Notes: generated by a model from the letters alone, not told the origin. Counted from the first letter of the stretch, positions 13,340 through 29,506 are shown. The stretch: 64,000 nt of DNA from Eledone cirrhosa (GCA_964016885.1 CAXHJY010001527.1:1-64000), one strand, 5' to 3'. Made by a program: numbers and translations.

Positions 13340-14650
13340 TACATCATCATAGTTTTACGTCCGTTTTTTAATCCTGGCATGGGTTGGATGGGTCCTTTTA
13401 AGCACAACATCTCCCCACTCGCTTGTTCCTTCGTCATCTGTGAGTCTCAGCAATTTGAGATCAGCTCTCACCACATCTACCCTGGTCTCCCTCTAGTATG
13501 GCTTCCCTCCTCTGGTTTTCCGTGGCACTTCTTTAACCAGTGATTACCAATTTCTTCCTCATTTTATCCAAGCTATGCCTTCCTCTCACATTTACGTTGC
13601 ACACCCAACAAAGCATGGTTGCTCTATTTCTCTCCAGCTTATGCATGTCTTCTGCAGTTACTGCCCATGTTTCACTTCCATGCAATATTGCACTTTACAC
13701 ACAGGCATTGTACAGCCAACATCTTTGTACGTAGGGAGAAACTTTATTTGCCAACAGTGTAAGTAGCTCTCTAAACTTCAATCCTATCCTCTCTTATGAG
13801 GCACCCTCCTCTGCTGCTAATTAGGTTACCTAGATAGCGGAAGCTATCATTGTGTACAGTTTATTCCTACTTCTTTCCTACATATGCAGTAGGGTCGCTT
13901 ATTCTCTAGTTCTTTTATGGATTCAGCTATAAGGACCTGATCATTCACATAGACTGTTTCCCATGAACAGCCAGTCTTAAATCCATTGGTTATGGCCTGG
14001 AGAACTATGATGAACAGCAGTGGGTTGTGAACTGAACCATGATGAACACCTACCTGTACATTGAATTCTTCACTAAACTCCCTTCCTACTCTCGCTTTAC
14101 TGACAGCTCCTCTGTACATGGCTTGCACTGCTCTCATAAGCCATTCTCCACCTAATTTTCTGAAGGACCACCAGATAATAGAGTAAGGTACTCTGTCAAA
14201 GGCCTTTTCTAGATCTAGGATATTCTCTTGTAGTTGTGTCACTAACAAGTTTCATCAGTAATTCCAAAGATAATGTCAATTATATGTGTATGTGTGTTGA
14301 ACAATGAACATAAAACAAAAGTCTAAGATTGCTTCTTAATTTATTCTCTACATTCATCAATCTCTCATAGTAACATTTCTAGGCCTCTTTCTTTTGAGCA
14401 TCAGTGGTGCTACGTGTACCAGTGTCATTTTTAACACACCTTTCCCTGTCTTGCAATGTGGAACACTTCACACCTCTCATTCTCATGTCTCAATACGTTG
14501 ACAAACTTTCTTTTTTCAGCCTCTCTCTGTGTTATGTATACCTGTCTTCTAGCTTCTCTCTTAGCTACCTGGTCCTGGTCTGACGCCCCTATTTTTCCAG
14601 TCTTTCCATGCCTGTCACTTGTCTTTAACCCTTTATCATTTAAACTGGCC
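13340..14650 (-). mobile_element. Degenerate RTE LINE fragments
   Basis: Translations DLEKAFDRVP, VGVHHGSVHNPLLF, VAKREARRQVY match the intact RTE ORF; mirror at ~55160-56345. Confidence 0.85.
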
Positions 14651-14964
14651 ATATCCAGCCAGAATTCTCTCACTTCTTTCTGTTCAAACCAGCTGTAACT
14701 CGCTGCTCATATTGATGTTAATGTATTGTCCTCAAAATAAGTAATATCAAAGTCTCATAGATTCAATATTATGTGAGATAAAGACTTTACCATGAAAATA
14801 TAATAGTAAATATAGAGTAATGTAAATGCTACAGGGTTAATAGCTCTATCTACTGTGCTGTTTCACCACTATGTCTCCCTCTGTCTGGCTGGTACTTTGT
14901 TCCAGCCACAAGTCTTATCAATTATTCCAAAGAAATTGTCAATTATATATGTGTGTTTGTGGGT

Positions 14965-15235
14965 ATTGAACATTGAAAATAAAACAAAAGTCTGAGATAT
15001 GGTTCATTGTTTTACAATCGTTTCAGAGGGTTGATTGATCATGGTAACTCAATATATTGATACGGTGTGATTGATCAGGGATTTTGAGACTAGAAATAGT
15101 TAGTGACATAACAACTACCTGTTTGTCAATATATCAATCAACCATGATCAATCAAACCTCTGAAATGATCGTAAAACAATGAACTAATTAAGAACATATC
15201 TTTGTCTCTAGTTTTATTTTTATTGTTCAAAACAC
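14965..15235. repeat. Imperfect fold-back (core arms ~15002-15060 and ~15126-15184), MITE-like
   Basis: GTTCATTGTTTTACAATCGTTTCAGAGGGTTGATTGATCATGG pairs with CCATGATCAATCAAACCTCTGAAATGATCGTAAAACAATGAAC; mirror at ~54605-54880. Confidence 0.7.
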
Positions 15236-15404
15236 ACACATATATATAAATGACTCTGTAACTCTAGAAGAATCTTTGAAGGAACCTTATGTGATGAGAT
15301 CCTACTACAAAAACTATAACTTTCATCACCCAATCTTGTTGAAACCATCTCTTCAAGGCTGCAATGTGTTCTAACAATGTTATCTTGAATACTAGTATAT
15401 ATAT

Positions 15405-16882
15405 ATCATCATTTTACGTCTGTTTTTCCCTGCTTGCAAGGGTGGGACGGGTCCTATTCAGCACAGCATCTCTCCACTTGTCATCTCCTTGGTGAGTTTC
15501 ACCGATCTGAGGTCTTCTCTCACCACCTCCGCCCATGTTTTACATGGTCTATCTCTTATGCATCTTCCTACTACTGGGATTATTTGGCACTTCTTTACCC
15601 AGTGGTCACATGTCTATACCATCTCAGTCTTCTCTCTTGCACACCACAACCTATCCCTCTTATACCCAGTTTCTTTCTCAACTCGTCTATGCTTGGTCGT
15701 TCACACACATTGATATTGCACATCCAACGGAGCATGCTTGCTTCTCTCCAGCCGTCACATATCCTTTGCAGTTGCTGCCCATGTCTTACTACCATGCAGC
15801 ATCACACATCGGCATCATATAACCATCCTTTCGTATGCAGGGACAAACCCTTCTTTGTCAACAGAGAAAGCAGCTCATTAAACTTCTTCCAACTCGTCCT
15901 TATTCTAGATACTATGGCCTCGGAACACCCCTCCCATGCTAATCTGATCACCTAGGTCCCGGAAGCTATCAACCACATCTCTAGAACCTACCTGTATTTG
16001 AAAAATGTGTTTATCACTGCGATTACTACTGCCAACTTTCCCTATACATCTACTGCATACATAGTTATCCCTACCTGTTTGTTTGCCTGCTATCCCACTA
16101 CATCTCTTGTGTACCCAACATCTGCATTGCGTACATTTTATGGAATTTATGCCAGTTCCTTTCCCACATATCGAACATGGCCATTTCCACGATTGAATCA
16201 GAGTTTTGTCCTCTTTTCTACTCATCAACACTTTTGTTTAAGCTATGTTCACTCTCAGGCCTCTTGATTCCAACTGCTGTTTCCATAGCCAGAATTTATT
16301 CTCTAGCTCCTCTACTGATTCAATGATTCTGCTATAAGAACCAGATCATCAGCATAGAGAAGTTCCCATGGGCATCCAGTCTTAAACTCCTCTGTTATGG
16401 CTTTTAGGCCTATAACGAACAAGAGTGGGCTGAGGACCGAACCTTGACATACACCTACTTGTATCTGGAATTCCTCACTAAACTCCATTCCTACCCTCAC
16501 TTTACTGACAGCACATCTGTACATAGCTAGCACTGTCCTCACAAGCCATTCCTCTACACCTAGTTTCCTTAGGGACCACCAGATGACAGATCAGGGTACC
16601 CTATCAAAGGCCCTCTCTAGGTCAACAAAAGATATGTATAGTGACTTATTCTTCTCTAAGAACCTCTCTTGTAGTTGCCTCACTATGAAGAGGGCTTCTG
16701 TTGTACTTTTCCGAGGCACAAAACCAAACTGCATCTCATCTAAATTGACCCTTTCTCTAATCAGCTGCGCTAATATTCTCTCTGCCACTTTCATAACCTG
16801 ATCCATCAGCTTTATGCCCCTATAGTTGCTGCTCTCTAGAGCATCCCCTTTACCTTTGTAGCAATTTATGAGAATACTGCTG
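15405..16882 (-). mobile_element. 5'-truncated RTE LINE (RT, PHD, C-terminus), disrupted
   Basis: QFGFVPRKSTT, QGSVLSPLLF, LLYADDL, CSICGK..CTQC..HKRC; ends in a (TGA)n tail. Confidence 0.9.
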
Positions 16883-16938
16883 TACCTACATTATATGCTT
16901 TCATTATACCATTCTATTTAGATTATATATATTGCTTG

Positions 16939-17400
16939 TCATCATCATCATCGTTTAACGTCTACCTTCCACGCTGGCATGGGTTTAGACGGGAATTGTC
17001 CCACTTGAGGCAAGATTGGTCGGGTGACCGTATCTCACTTCTATAGGACTAGATGGCAGGTTTTCTATGGCTAGCTATCCTTCCTAACAACAACCACGTT
17101 TACAGTGTGGACTGGGAGGTTTTTACCATGTTACCTACACGGCCACATTACAGCGTGGACTGTGTGTTTTTTTGTCGTGACACCTACACAACCTCATTTA
17201 TTTAGGACTGGATGTTGTGGTACCAACATAACTTTACAGAGATAGGGTGGTGTTGATGGGGTGGCCGTTGGGTAGTGGGATGTGGGTGTATATTTGGTTA
17301 AGAGGTGCCTACTGACTGTAGGTTTCGCTTTGTACATAGGCAAGGCGGGTCTTCTGTATTACTGAGTAGCGCCAAAGATCTCGGTCCACTGACATTGTCT
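16939..17400 (-). mobile_element. RTE LINE 3' end (ORF tip, 3' UTR and (TGA)n tail)
   Basis: Similar to 37920-38490 of the intact element. Confidence 0.8.
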
Positions 17401-17429
17401 TAATGTATATATATATACATATACACACA

Positions 17430-17468
<39 letters not shown>

Positions 17469-17699
17469 TAAACTGTTCGTATACACACATTATTCAACCT
17501 GCCCTTTGTTTTGAAGAAAAAGCCTTTAGTATGTTGCCATGGTAGTAGCATCCTGAACCTTTTCCATTTCATGTTCACTCAGGCTGCTCTACTTTCAGAA
17601 CACCCACTTCCACTGATGATATCATCACCCAGGTAACAGAAGCTGTCTACCTCTTCTATGTGACCCTCCAACAGTTTGTTAGAGCTTGTTTCCTGTGAA

Positions 17700-17905
17700 G
17701 GTGTGTGGCTGAGTGGTTAAAGAATTGGATTCGCAATCGTGAGGTTGTGAGTTCGATTCACTGACCGGGTGATGTGTTATGTCCTTGAGCAAGACATTTT
17801 ATTTCACATTGCTCCTTCTACCTGGAGTTGTGACTGATAGGTAGTATTAGCAATTGGAAAGACCAATGGAAACATTGTTTCCTCGGTCCGATTTGACGAA
17901 AGTCA
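17700..17905 (+). mobile_element. tRNA-derived SINE inserted in an RTE fragment
   Basis: A-box-like TGGCTGAGTGG and B-box-like GAGTTCGATTC; mirror at ~37420-37630; related copies at 22750-22962, 32503-32715, 33475-33600. Confidence 0.75.
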
Positions 17906-18870
17906 ATCGTTGCTTCCTGTGAATGTTTGCTGCTTACTGCTCCTGTGCACTGGCCACGTGTAAAACCTATATTCTTAGCTAACCTACCTGAGATCCCACT
18001 ACATCTCTTGTGTACCCATTGTTTGTATTTTTGACAGAGAATGGAATTTCTACCTACACCTTTCTAGCACACAGAGCAAGGCCATTTTTCTGAGGGTATC
18101 AGGGCCCTGTTTTCCCTTCTACTGATAATTGGCTGGCTAACCCAGACATAGTCCTAAACAAATGAAACACTGGTGGAGTCGTAGGGGTACACTAAGTGAC
18201 ATACAGTATTTCTCGGGCATATTTTAAAACCTGATGGAGCCCATCACCTCTCTCGTTTGAACAGAATTGAGATCTGAATAAAACTTCAAGTGAAATCTGA
18301 TATTGTATGGATTCATATAGACTCGTAACTCCTGGTCTAAAAAAAAAAAAGTAAGATAAAGATATAGAGGAACAATTGACTCCAACTAATAAAAAGATGG
18401 AAGTTAAACTGGTGTTGACATGTCACCAGGAGAGGAGATAATAGCTATATTAGAGAGTCCTATCAGAATGAATTTTTCACTAAACTGCCATAGAGCAGAC
18501 CTCTCTAAAGATAGAAGGATGACATTTATAGAGCATGCTGGAATACTACTGTTTGCATTGGAGAGAATTACTCTGGACAGGAAAGTTGATATCTACAGTT
18601 TACCAATATAGAAATATAAAATTTCCACTGTTAAATCTATTTCTGCTTCTTAAGTATTCTGTATTATCTCATACTGTTTCTTTCTTATTTCAGAATACCA
18701 GATGACATTGGGATAAATTATTATTTTCAATCTGGAATACATCACCTCTATTTATCATCATTTGAAGACTATTAACTGAAATCACAGTTGAGGGAAATAT
18801 AGAAGATATATTTTTTAAGAATATAATGTAAAAAATATTACAAGTATATTCTGTTGGAGATAAAATTATT

Positions 18871-21056
<2,186 letters not shown>

Positions 21057-21449
21057 TGCATTGACATCAGAGATAAATCCTCTCAAAATTGTGAATTAAT
21101 GAGAATACAAATATATATCAGTGTAATATCTATGGTAAATCATTCTCTTTCAATGTTACATTAACTTCACACAAACATATACAGGTGGGAAGCCATATCA
21201 CTTTGATATGTTTGGAAAATATATCTTTTAATGCAGCAATTTAACTAAATATATGCATAGATGAGGGAAACCATATCATCATCATCATCATCATTTTACA
21301 TCCACTTTTCCCTGCTTGCAAGGGTGGGATGGGTCCTATTCAGCAAAGCATCTCTTCACTTGTCACGGTTCTTCGTCATCTCCACCGTGAGCTTCAAAGG
21401 TCTGCTCTCGCCACCTCCACCCATGTAAATAAATTTCTAATTTTGGTTT

Positions 21450-21780
21450 CACTAAACACTAACATATAGGAGAGGAACCATATCACTGTGATGTCTGTGA
21501 TAAATCCTTCTCTAAATGTTGTGGCTTCCCTACACACTAACATATACAGGAGAGGAACCATATCACTGTGATGTCTGGTAAATCCTTCTCTAAATGTTGT
21601 GGCTTCCCTACACACTAACATACAGGAGAGGAACCATATCACTGTGATGTCTGTGGTAAATCCTTCTCTATATGTTGTGGCTTCCCTACACACTAACATA
21701 CAGGAGAGGAACCATATCACTGTGGTGTCTGTGGTAAATAATTCTCTTGTAAAGGTTTACTTGATGCAACACAAACACAA
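21450..21780 (+). repeat. Degenerate zinc-finger-derived ~80-bp tandem repeats downstream of the ZNF stop
   Basis: GGAGAGGAACCATATCACTGTGATGTCTGTGGTAAAT x4; mirror has 3 copies at ~34060-34290. Confidence 0.8.
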
Positions 21781-22069
21781 TCAGACAACATAAAAACCAT
21801 GTCACTCACCCAAAATAGTGCCACCAATGTTGTTAATATCTTGAATAAAACTGTTTCACTAAGAAATTATTCTCCTTTCATTTCATTTGTAGAAGTTTTA
21901 ACCAAGACTTGTGCTGACAAAACTGTATTGTTCAGAATTGACATACGTTATATATATGTGAATGTATGTGTGTAGAAATTTGTATATGTTTGTATCTGTG
22001 TTTGTATATAAGTATGTGCATATCTGTATTTGATTTATTTATTATGTATGTGTGTATATATACGTCATC

Positions 22070-22570
22070 TTCATCGACATCATCACTGTTTTTATGTCTG
22101 TTTTTCTATGCTTCCTTGGGTTGGACATGTCCTTTTCAACTTGTCGTGTTCCTTTTCATCTCCTCTGTGAGAGTCAGTCATTTGAAGTCAGTTCACACAG
22201 TCTCTGTCCAGGTCTTTCTTGGTCTACCTCTACTATGGCTTCCTTCTATTGGGATGTCCTGGCACTTCTTCACCCAGCTGTCATTATCCATGTGTATCAC
22301 ATGTCAGTACCAATGCAGTCTTCTCTCTTACACATCTCTTAAGTTCCCTCTTAAACCCAGCTTCTCCCTCAACTTGTCCAAGCTCTGCCTTTCTCTCACA
22401 CTTAAATGGCACATCCAATGAATCATGGTTGCTTCATTTCTCCCCAGTCTACACTTTATTTCTGCTGTCACAGCCCTATTTTCACTACCATGCAGCATCA
22501 TATTTTATTGGCAGGTGTTATACCGTCATCCTCCACTGCTAATTAAGTCACAGAAGCTATCAACCACTTC
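22070..22570 (-). mobile_element. RTE LINE 3' fragment
   Basis: RT C-terminal LHWYGHV/GRPRKTW-like coding plus tail; mirror at ~32905-33422. Confidence 0.75.
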
Positions 22571-23495
22571 TATGTGTGTATAATTACTTGTGTATCTTTA
22601 TGTGTCTGTGTATATATGTGTATAGATCTGCATAGATTTGCAGTATATGATACAGCCGGGAAAACATCTCATATTATCTGGGTCCTTCTAGTAGATCCAG
22701 CAAGTGACACATATATATATATGTATAATATATATATATACATATATATATCGTCAGTCGATCGACTTTCGTCAAATTGGACCAAAGAAACAATGTTTCC
22801 ATTGGTCTTTCCAATTGCTAATACTATCTATTGGTCACAACTCCAGGTAGAAGGAGCAACATGAAATAAAGTGTCTTGCTCAAGGACATAACACATCACC
22901 CGGTCCGAGAATTGAACTCACAATCTTTCAATTACAAGCCCAATGCTCTAACCACTAAGCCATATATATTATATAGATATTACTAGCAGAATGGCCAGGA
23001 GATCGCTAAATCACCTAATGCAGTCCCTAGGGCATTGCAAATTTGAAATTTTTCTCCTCTAAACACTCACAGGACTATAAGTATTACATGTGTAAAATTT
23101 GAAAACAATCGGTTGGGTGGTTCTTGAGTTTTAGGGTGTCAGACAGACATTCTCTGTTTTAGATATATATATTATATTATATGATATATTATATGTATAT
23201 ATATGTTATATATATATATTATATATAATATATATATATTATATATATATCAACCCACTCTGTAAAGTGGACATGTAGGCACCACGGAAGAAAAGTACCC
23301 AGCACTCATTGTAAATGAGGTTGGTGTTAGGAAGGGCATCCAGCTGTAGAAATCAAGCCAGAATCAGTTCCCGTATGATCAAGACAAGGTCAGCCAACCG
23401 GGCACTGCCCACATCAGGACAACCCGTCTAACCCATGCTAGCATAGAAGAATGGATGTAAAACAGTGATGATATATATATATATAAACAGTGATG

Positions 23496-23535
<40 letters not shown>

Positions 23536-23602
23536 TATATACATATATTATTATATATATATATAATGTATATATATATCATATATTATATATGTATATA
23601 TA

Positions 23603-24480
23603 CAGAGTGCGTACGATATTTGCTTGCAAGATTACTGTCTAGGAAAAAGTAACACAGTAGTTTTGTTTTTTAAGATATATTTATCAAACTTGGGTCAGTT
23701 TGTCTTCATGACTTGTTCTTTCAATCTCACTCGATAGACCCGCCATTGGATTTGATGACGGCCTCGAAACCGGCTACAGGCCTTCGTCACTGTCCCCCAA
23801 CTTAGGCCCCTAAGGGCACTTGTGATCCTGGCCTTCAGATCGTCTTTCGTATTGCAGCTGGATCTGTTGGTGTCTCGTTCCACTGCGCCCCACACAAAGA
23901 AGTCGAGAGGATTGCAGTCAGACTAGCTGGGAGGCCAGATGTCAGGGGAAGTGAGGTCGACGAAGTTCTCTGACAGCCAGGCTTGGATCTTTCAGCTGGT
24001 ATGGCAGGGCGCTGAGTCTTGCTGCAACACGTACGGCCTACCTGCAGCAACCTGGTCGATCCAGGGCTTTACTACCTCACTCAGAACGCGAATGTAGCCA
24101 TCGGTGTTCAGCTTGAGACCCTCAGGGAAGCAGTGAGGTGGCATTACGTCACCTTGACTGCTGATGACACCTAAGACCAATGTTGTTGCTGGAAACTTTA
24201 TCTGTATGACTCTAGGCACGTCTTTGGATGAGACAGCGAGCCACATGTTGTTCTGGGAGTTGATCTTCTGGTCTTATTTGTCCTCCCGGCACAGATTCCA
24301 AGAAGAACTCCATGTCTCTTCCACAAATTTGGAGGTTAAAATTATTCATAATCAATTATTCTGAAAATAAATAATGGAAATATAGTCACTGTTTTATGAG
24401 GACAAGAGTGACAACGGAAGTAAAAAGCATTTGCATAAAATTAGCAGTTGAAAATTGCGACCAAATATCTTCCACACCTG
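23603..24480 (-). mobile_element. Internally deleted Tc1/mariner, DD37D (maT/mori-type) transposase remnant
   Basis: TA-flanked imperfect TIRs CAG(A)GTGYG..GATATTTG..GCAA; QQDSAPCH...WPPS..D.NPLDFFVWG with 37 residues between the 2nd and 3rd Asp. Confidence 0.85.
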
Positions 24481-24491
24481 TATATATATAT

Positions 24492-24535
<44 letters not shown>

Positions 24536-25360
24536 TATACATATATATTCATTGATGTCCTCTTCTTAAGCCTTTTTCCTGCTGATTCAATCTTATATAT
24601 CGTCTTGCAGACTAAATAGAGGGTATTGTAGTGACCTACATTCCGAGGGCTCATGGATACATTCTCTGTGCGTTGTTTGACTCAGTTCAGCCAATTGTTA
24701 CCAGCTTAGGAAAATGTATCTCGACTTCTGCCCAGAGGGAAAAATTCCCACAGAGATTCGAAACTCTCTCTCTTGCAGCTCGATACCGTGAAGGTAAACA
24801 TCTCTTTCTTTCGTTCCTCAAGCATAGACAATATGTAGCAACAGATATCACTACAGGTCTGGCTAACGCCTCAGCCAGTTGACCGTACGTCTTTAAATCT
24901 TTATAACCTTTTTATTGATAACATTAACTATCCTCTCAAGAGACATTATTATAACCTTTGTAATCTGTAAATAAATTATATATAAACAATTACAAAGTCG
25001 TACGATGCTATTTTCCACAACATTGCTTTTAACATCTTCAATGGTGACTTCCGTCATACAATACACAAAGACACACATTCTCAACACAAACATTTACTAA
25101 ACGTAAGAGTTTAAAGAAATAAAAGTCTGTAATGGATAATTTCACTGCTATTTCTAGCAGTCAGAGGCACTACGTAGATATATAATTGATATTTTACTGA
25201 GTGATACCTTTTCATTTACTATCGATTAAATACGATTGGAACTGTGAATGTATTAAATTATATCAGGGACTTTAACTAATGACACCGGTAAGGGAGTTAA
25301 ATCATTTCCAACGACATCGAGTACCTGCTGTCTTCTTAATCTAATTATATCTTGTGTAAC

Positions 25361-25399
<39 letters not shown>

Positions 25400-25862
25400 A
25401 TTTTAATTCTCCGACATCAGTCTTACACTGTCATATCTATTCTTACTTTACAATTGTGTCTACTAAGAGTTCCATTACAATCTGTAGTAGTAAAACTACT
25501 ATTTCACCAGAACATCTGCTATCAGTCATTTATAGACAATATATATATTTTAGACCACATATCAACCTAATATATATATATATTTCCTATCTAATCTGTA
25601 GCTAAAGACATAAAGTCAGCCTCACTACTTCATTCTGACAAGATATCTATTTATGACTAAAGATGAAGAAGAGACACCAACGTTAATGTCGTGAAATAAA
25701 GCTGATAACATCTTTGAAACTTCTAATTTGATAATAAAGAGATTATTTCTTTGGTTGTTTAGTAAAACCTAACAACACAACACATTGATTATATGTGAAG
25801 GAGGTAAGTTGACAAAGATTTACTTGAAGTCTATAATATTGATAGCCCCAAATACTAACTGA

Positions 25863-26775
25863 TATACTGTACATTAGATAATGTAGTCCTAGATACACTA
25901 TGTCTGATAGCCACTATACTGTACATTAGATAATGTAGTCGTAGGTACACTATGTCTGATAGCCACTATACTGTACATTAGATAATGTAGTCCTAGGTAC
26001 ACTATGTCTGATAGCCACTATACTGTACATTAGATAATGTAGTCCTAGGTACACTATGTCTGATAGCCACTATACTGTACATGAGATAATGTAGTTGTAG
26101 GTACACTATGTCTGATAGCCACTATACTGTACATGAGATAATGTAGTTGTAGGTACACTATGTCTGATAGCCACTATACTGTACATTATATAATGTAGTC
26201 CTAGGTGCACTATGTCTGATAGCCACTATACTGTACATTAGATAATGTAGTCCTAGATACACTATGTCTGATAGCTACTATACTGTACATTAGATAATGT
26301 AGTCCTAGGTACACTATGTCTGATAGCCACTATACTGTACATTAGATAATGTAGTCCTAGGTAAACTATGTCTGATAGCCACTATACTGTACATTAGATA
26401 ATGTACTCCTAGATACACTATGTCTGATAGCTATTATACTGTACATTAGATAATGTAGTCCTAGGTACACTATGTCTGATAGCCACTATACTGTACATTA
26501 GATAATGTAGTCCTAGGTACACTATGTCTGATAGCTACTATACTGTACATTATATAATGTAGTCCTAGATACACTATGTCTGATAGCTACTATACTGTAC
26601 ATTATATAACGTAGTCCTAGGTACACTATGTCTGATAGCCATTAATACTAATTTCTATACTGTACATAAGATAATGTAGTCCTAGATAAACTATGTCTTA
26701 TAGCCACTAATACTAACTACTGTACTGTACATTAGATAATGTAGTCCTAGATACACTATGTCTGATAGTCACTAG
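25863..26775 (+). repeat. 52-bp minisatellite (~17 copies), TATACTGTACATTAGATAATGTAGTCCTAGGTACACTATGTCTGATAGCCAC
   Basis: Tandem period of 52; left arm only. Confidence 0.95.
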
Positions 26776-27328
26776 TATATACGTAGTTCTCAGGGAGATT
26801 CAGTGAGATGTATGACATGGCTTCCCTTCGAAATACATGTAGAACCCATCTTATATTATAATGTGTCTGAGTATTTCATTGACACGTAGACCGTTGACAT
26901 TGTTCTCAGGGAGATTCAGTGCGACAATTCTATGTAACAACGTATCCCCTATAATTACTGGTACAACTTATTATTTTTCCAGCTGGGTGAAATAAAACAA
27001 TGAGAAATAAAGTGTCTTGTTCAAGGCCTCAACGTACAGGTCGCCCGGTCTGGGATTCGAACTCACGAACCATACGTTCATGTAATGCGTGCTAAAACCG
27101 GTTTCCTCCACACAAAATACACCGGAATGACTTAATACAGATTAATTCACGAACAAGAATTACAATAAGTCGCTGAGAGTGATCTCCCTTGGCTGACTTT
27201 AACATCTTTTCTTCTTACATTAGAAATTAATTTGTTTCATGTCCGACTGAAAGACTCTGGAGTTTTTACCTGTCTTCGGTTTAATTGATGAGGAATTTTG
27301 AGGTATTTATAACAATTATTGTCACTCA

Positions 27329-27884
27329 TGGTATTAGCTGTCAGAAGTGAAAGTAGAAGAAGGTGACGTCATTCGTCAACCTTCTCAATCCTTTATTTCC
27401 GTATCACTATTCCCTTTATTTATGTTTACGATTTTGTAAGAGATACGTTTACGATGAGATACACTTATTAAAAAATAATATGGGTACCAAATAACTCCGT
27501 AATTTTCGAGAGAAACGACAATATACAATCTTATTTAACATGTGTATTAAAAACTACACTAGCTGTTACAATTGTAATTAACGTGTAAGAACTTAAATTT
27601 GTTTTCTAATTTGAAAACCATGACTTGTTTCAACACCGGCCCTTTTAAGGGCCACCTATATTTTCATTTAAGTTCTTACACGTTAATTACAATTGTAACA
27701 GCTAGTGTAGTTTTTAATACACATGTTAAATAAGATTGTATATTATCGTTTCTCTCGAAAATTACGGGGTTATTTGGTCCCCATAAATAAAATGATAAAC
27801 GTAAATAAACGGAATAGTGATATGGAAATAAAGGATTGAGAAGGTTGACGACTGACGTCACCTTCTTTCTGACAGCTAATACCA
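27329..27884. repeat. Central fold-back of the palindrome (67-nt spacer, 27599-27665)
   Basis: ...AACGTGTAAGAACTTAAAT / ATTTAAGTTCTTACACGTT... near-perfect inner arms. Confidence 0.95.
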
Positions 27885-29506
27885 CGACAGTGCCCTTTAT
27901 TTCGATATCTTACATTAAAATATTGACTGAGGGTGTGACAACTGTTTCTTGTTTGAGGTTGTTCCAGTGGTTGAAATATAGACGGAGGTATTTTAAATAA
28001 TAAAGACAGGTATGATAACAATATATTTTATATCACATGTAACAGTGGAATCTGATGATTGAAAAATATCACATCAACATTTCAGTTTGGAAGTGTTTTT
28101 TCTATATATAAAAGTGGAGGAAGAAATATATTTTTCTAATGTTGTTATATATATTTTCACTTGTATATAATTACTGGATCATTGTAGGGTTCACATAATT
28201 ATATTATTTACACACATTAATATAGACATTAAGTAAATCTTTGTCAACTTACCTCCTTCACATATAATCAATGTGTTGTGTTGTTAGTTGTTACTAAACA
28301 ACCTAAGAAATAATCTCTTTGTTATCAAATTAGAAGTTTCAATGTTATCAGCTTTATTTCACGACATTAACGTTGGTGTAACTTCTTCATCTTTAGTCAT
28401 AAATTGATATCTTGTCAGAATGAAGTAATGAGGCTGACTTTATGTCTTTAGCTACAGATTTGATAGGAAATATATATGTATTAGGTTGATATGTGGTCTA
28501 AAATATATATATTGTCTATAAATGAATGATAGCAGATGTTCTGGTGAAATAGTAGTTTTACTACTACAGATTGTAATGGAACTCTTAGTAGACACAATTG
28601 TAAAGTAAGACTGATGGCGGGGAATTAAAATTGTGTATATATATATATATATGTAATTGTTACACAAGATATAATTAGATTAAGAAGACAGCAGGTACTC
28701 GATATCGTTGGAAATGATTTTACTCCCTTACCGGTGTCATTAGTTAACAGTCCCTGATATAATTTAATACATTCAGACAGTTACAATCGTATTTAATCGA
28801 TAGTAAATGAAAAGGTATCACTCAGTAAAATATAAATTATATATCGACGTAGTCTCTCTGACTGCTAGAAATAGCAGTGAAATTATCCATTACAGACTTT
28901 TCTTTCTTTAAACTCTTACGTTTAGTAGATGTTTGTGTTGAGAATGTGTGTATTTGTGTATTGTATGACGGAAGTCACCATTGAAGATGTTAAAAGCAAT
29001 GTTGTGGAAAATAGGATCGTACGACTTTGTAATTGTTTATATATAATTTATTTACAGATTACAAAGGTTAGAAGAATGACTCTTGAGAGGATAGTTAATG
29101 TTATCAAAAAAAGGTTATAAAGATTTAAAGACGTACGGTCAACTGGCTGAGGCATTAGCCAGACCTGTAGTGATATCTGTTGCTACATATTGTCTATGCT
29201 TGAGGAACGAAAGCAAGAGATGTTTACCTTCACGGTGTCGAGCTGCAAGAGAGAGAGTTTCGAATCTCTGCGGGAATTTTTCCTTCTGGGCGGAGGTCGA
29301 GATACATTTTCCTACGCTGGTAGCGATTGGCTGAACTACGCCAAACAACGCACAGAGAATGTATCCATGAGCCCTCGGAATATAGGTCACTACAATACCC
29401 CCTATTTAGTCTGCAAGACGATATATAAGATTGAATCAGCAGGAAAAAGGCTCAAAGACAGGACATCAATGAATATATATGTATATATATATGATATATA
29501 TATATA

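Noticed and set aside
17700-17775. tRNA gene
   Set aside because: A/B boxes run into a SINE body repeated several times in the window; no clean cloverleaf.
25863-26775. CRISPR-like appearance of the 52-bp and 204-bp arrays
   Set aside because: No unique spacers, no cas genes, eukaryotic context.
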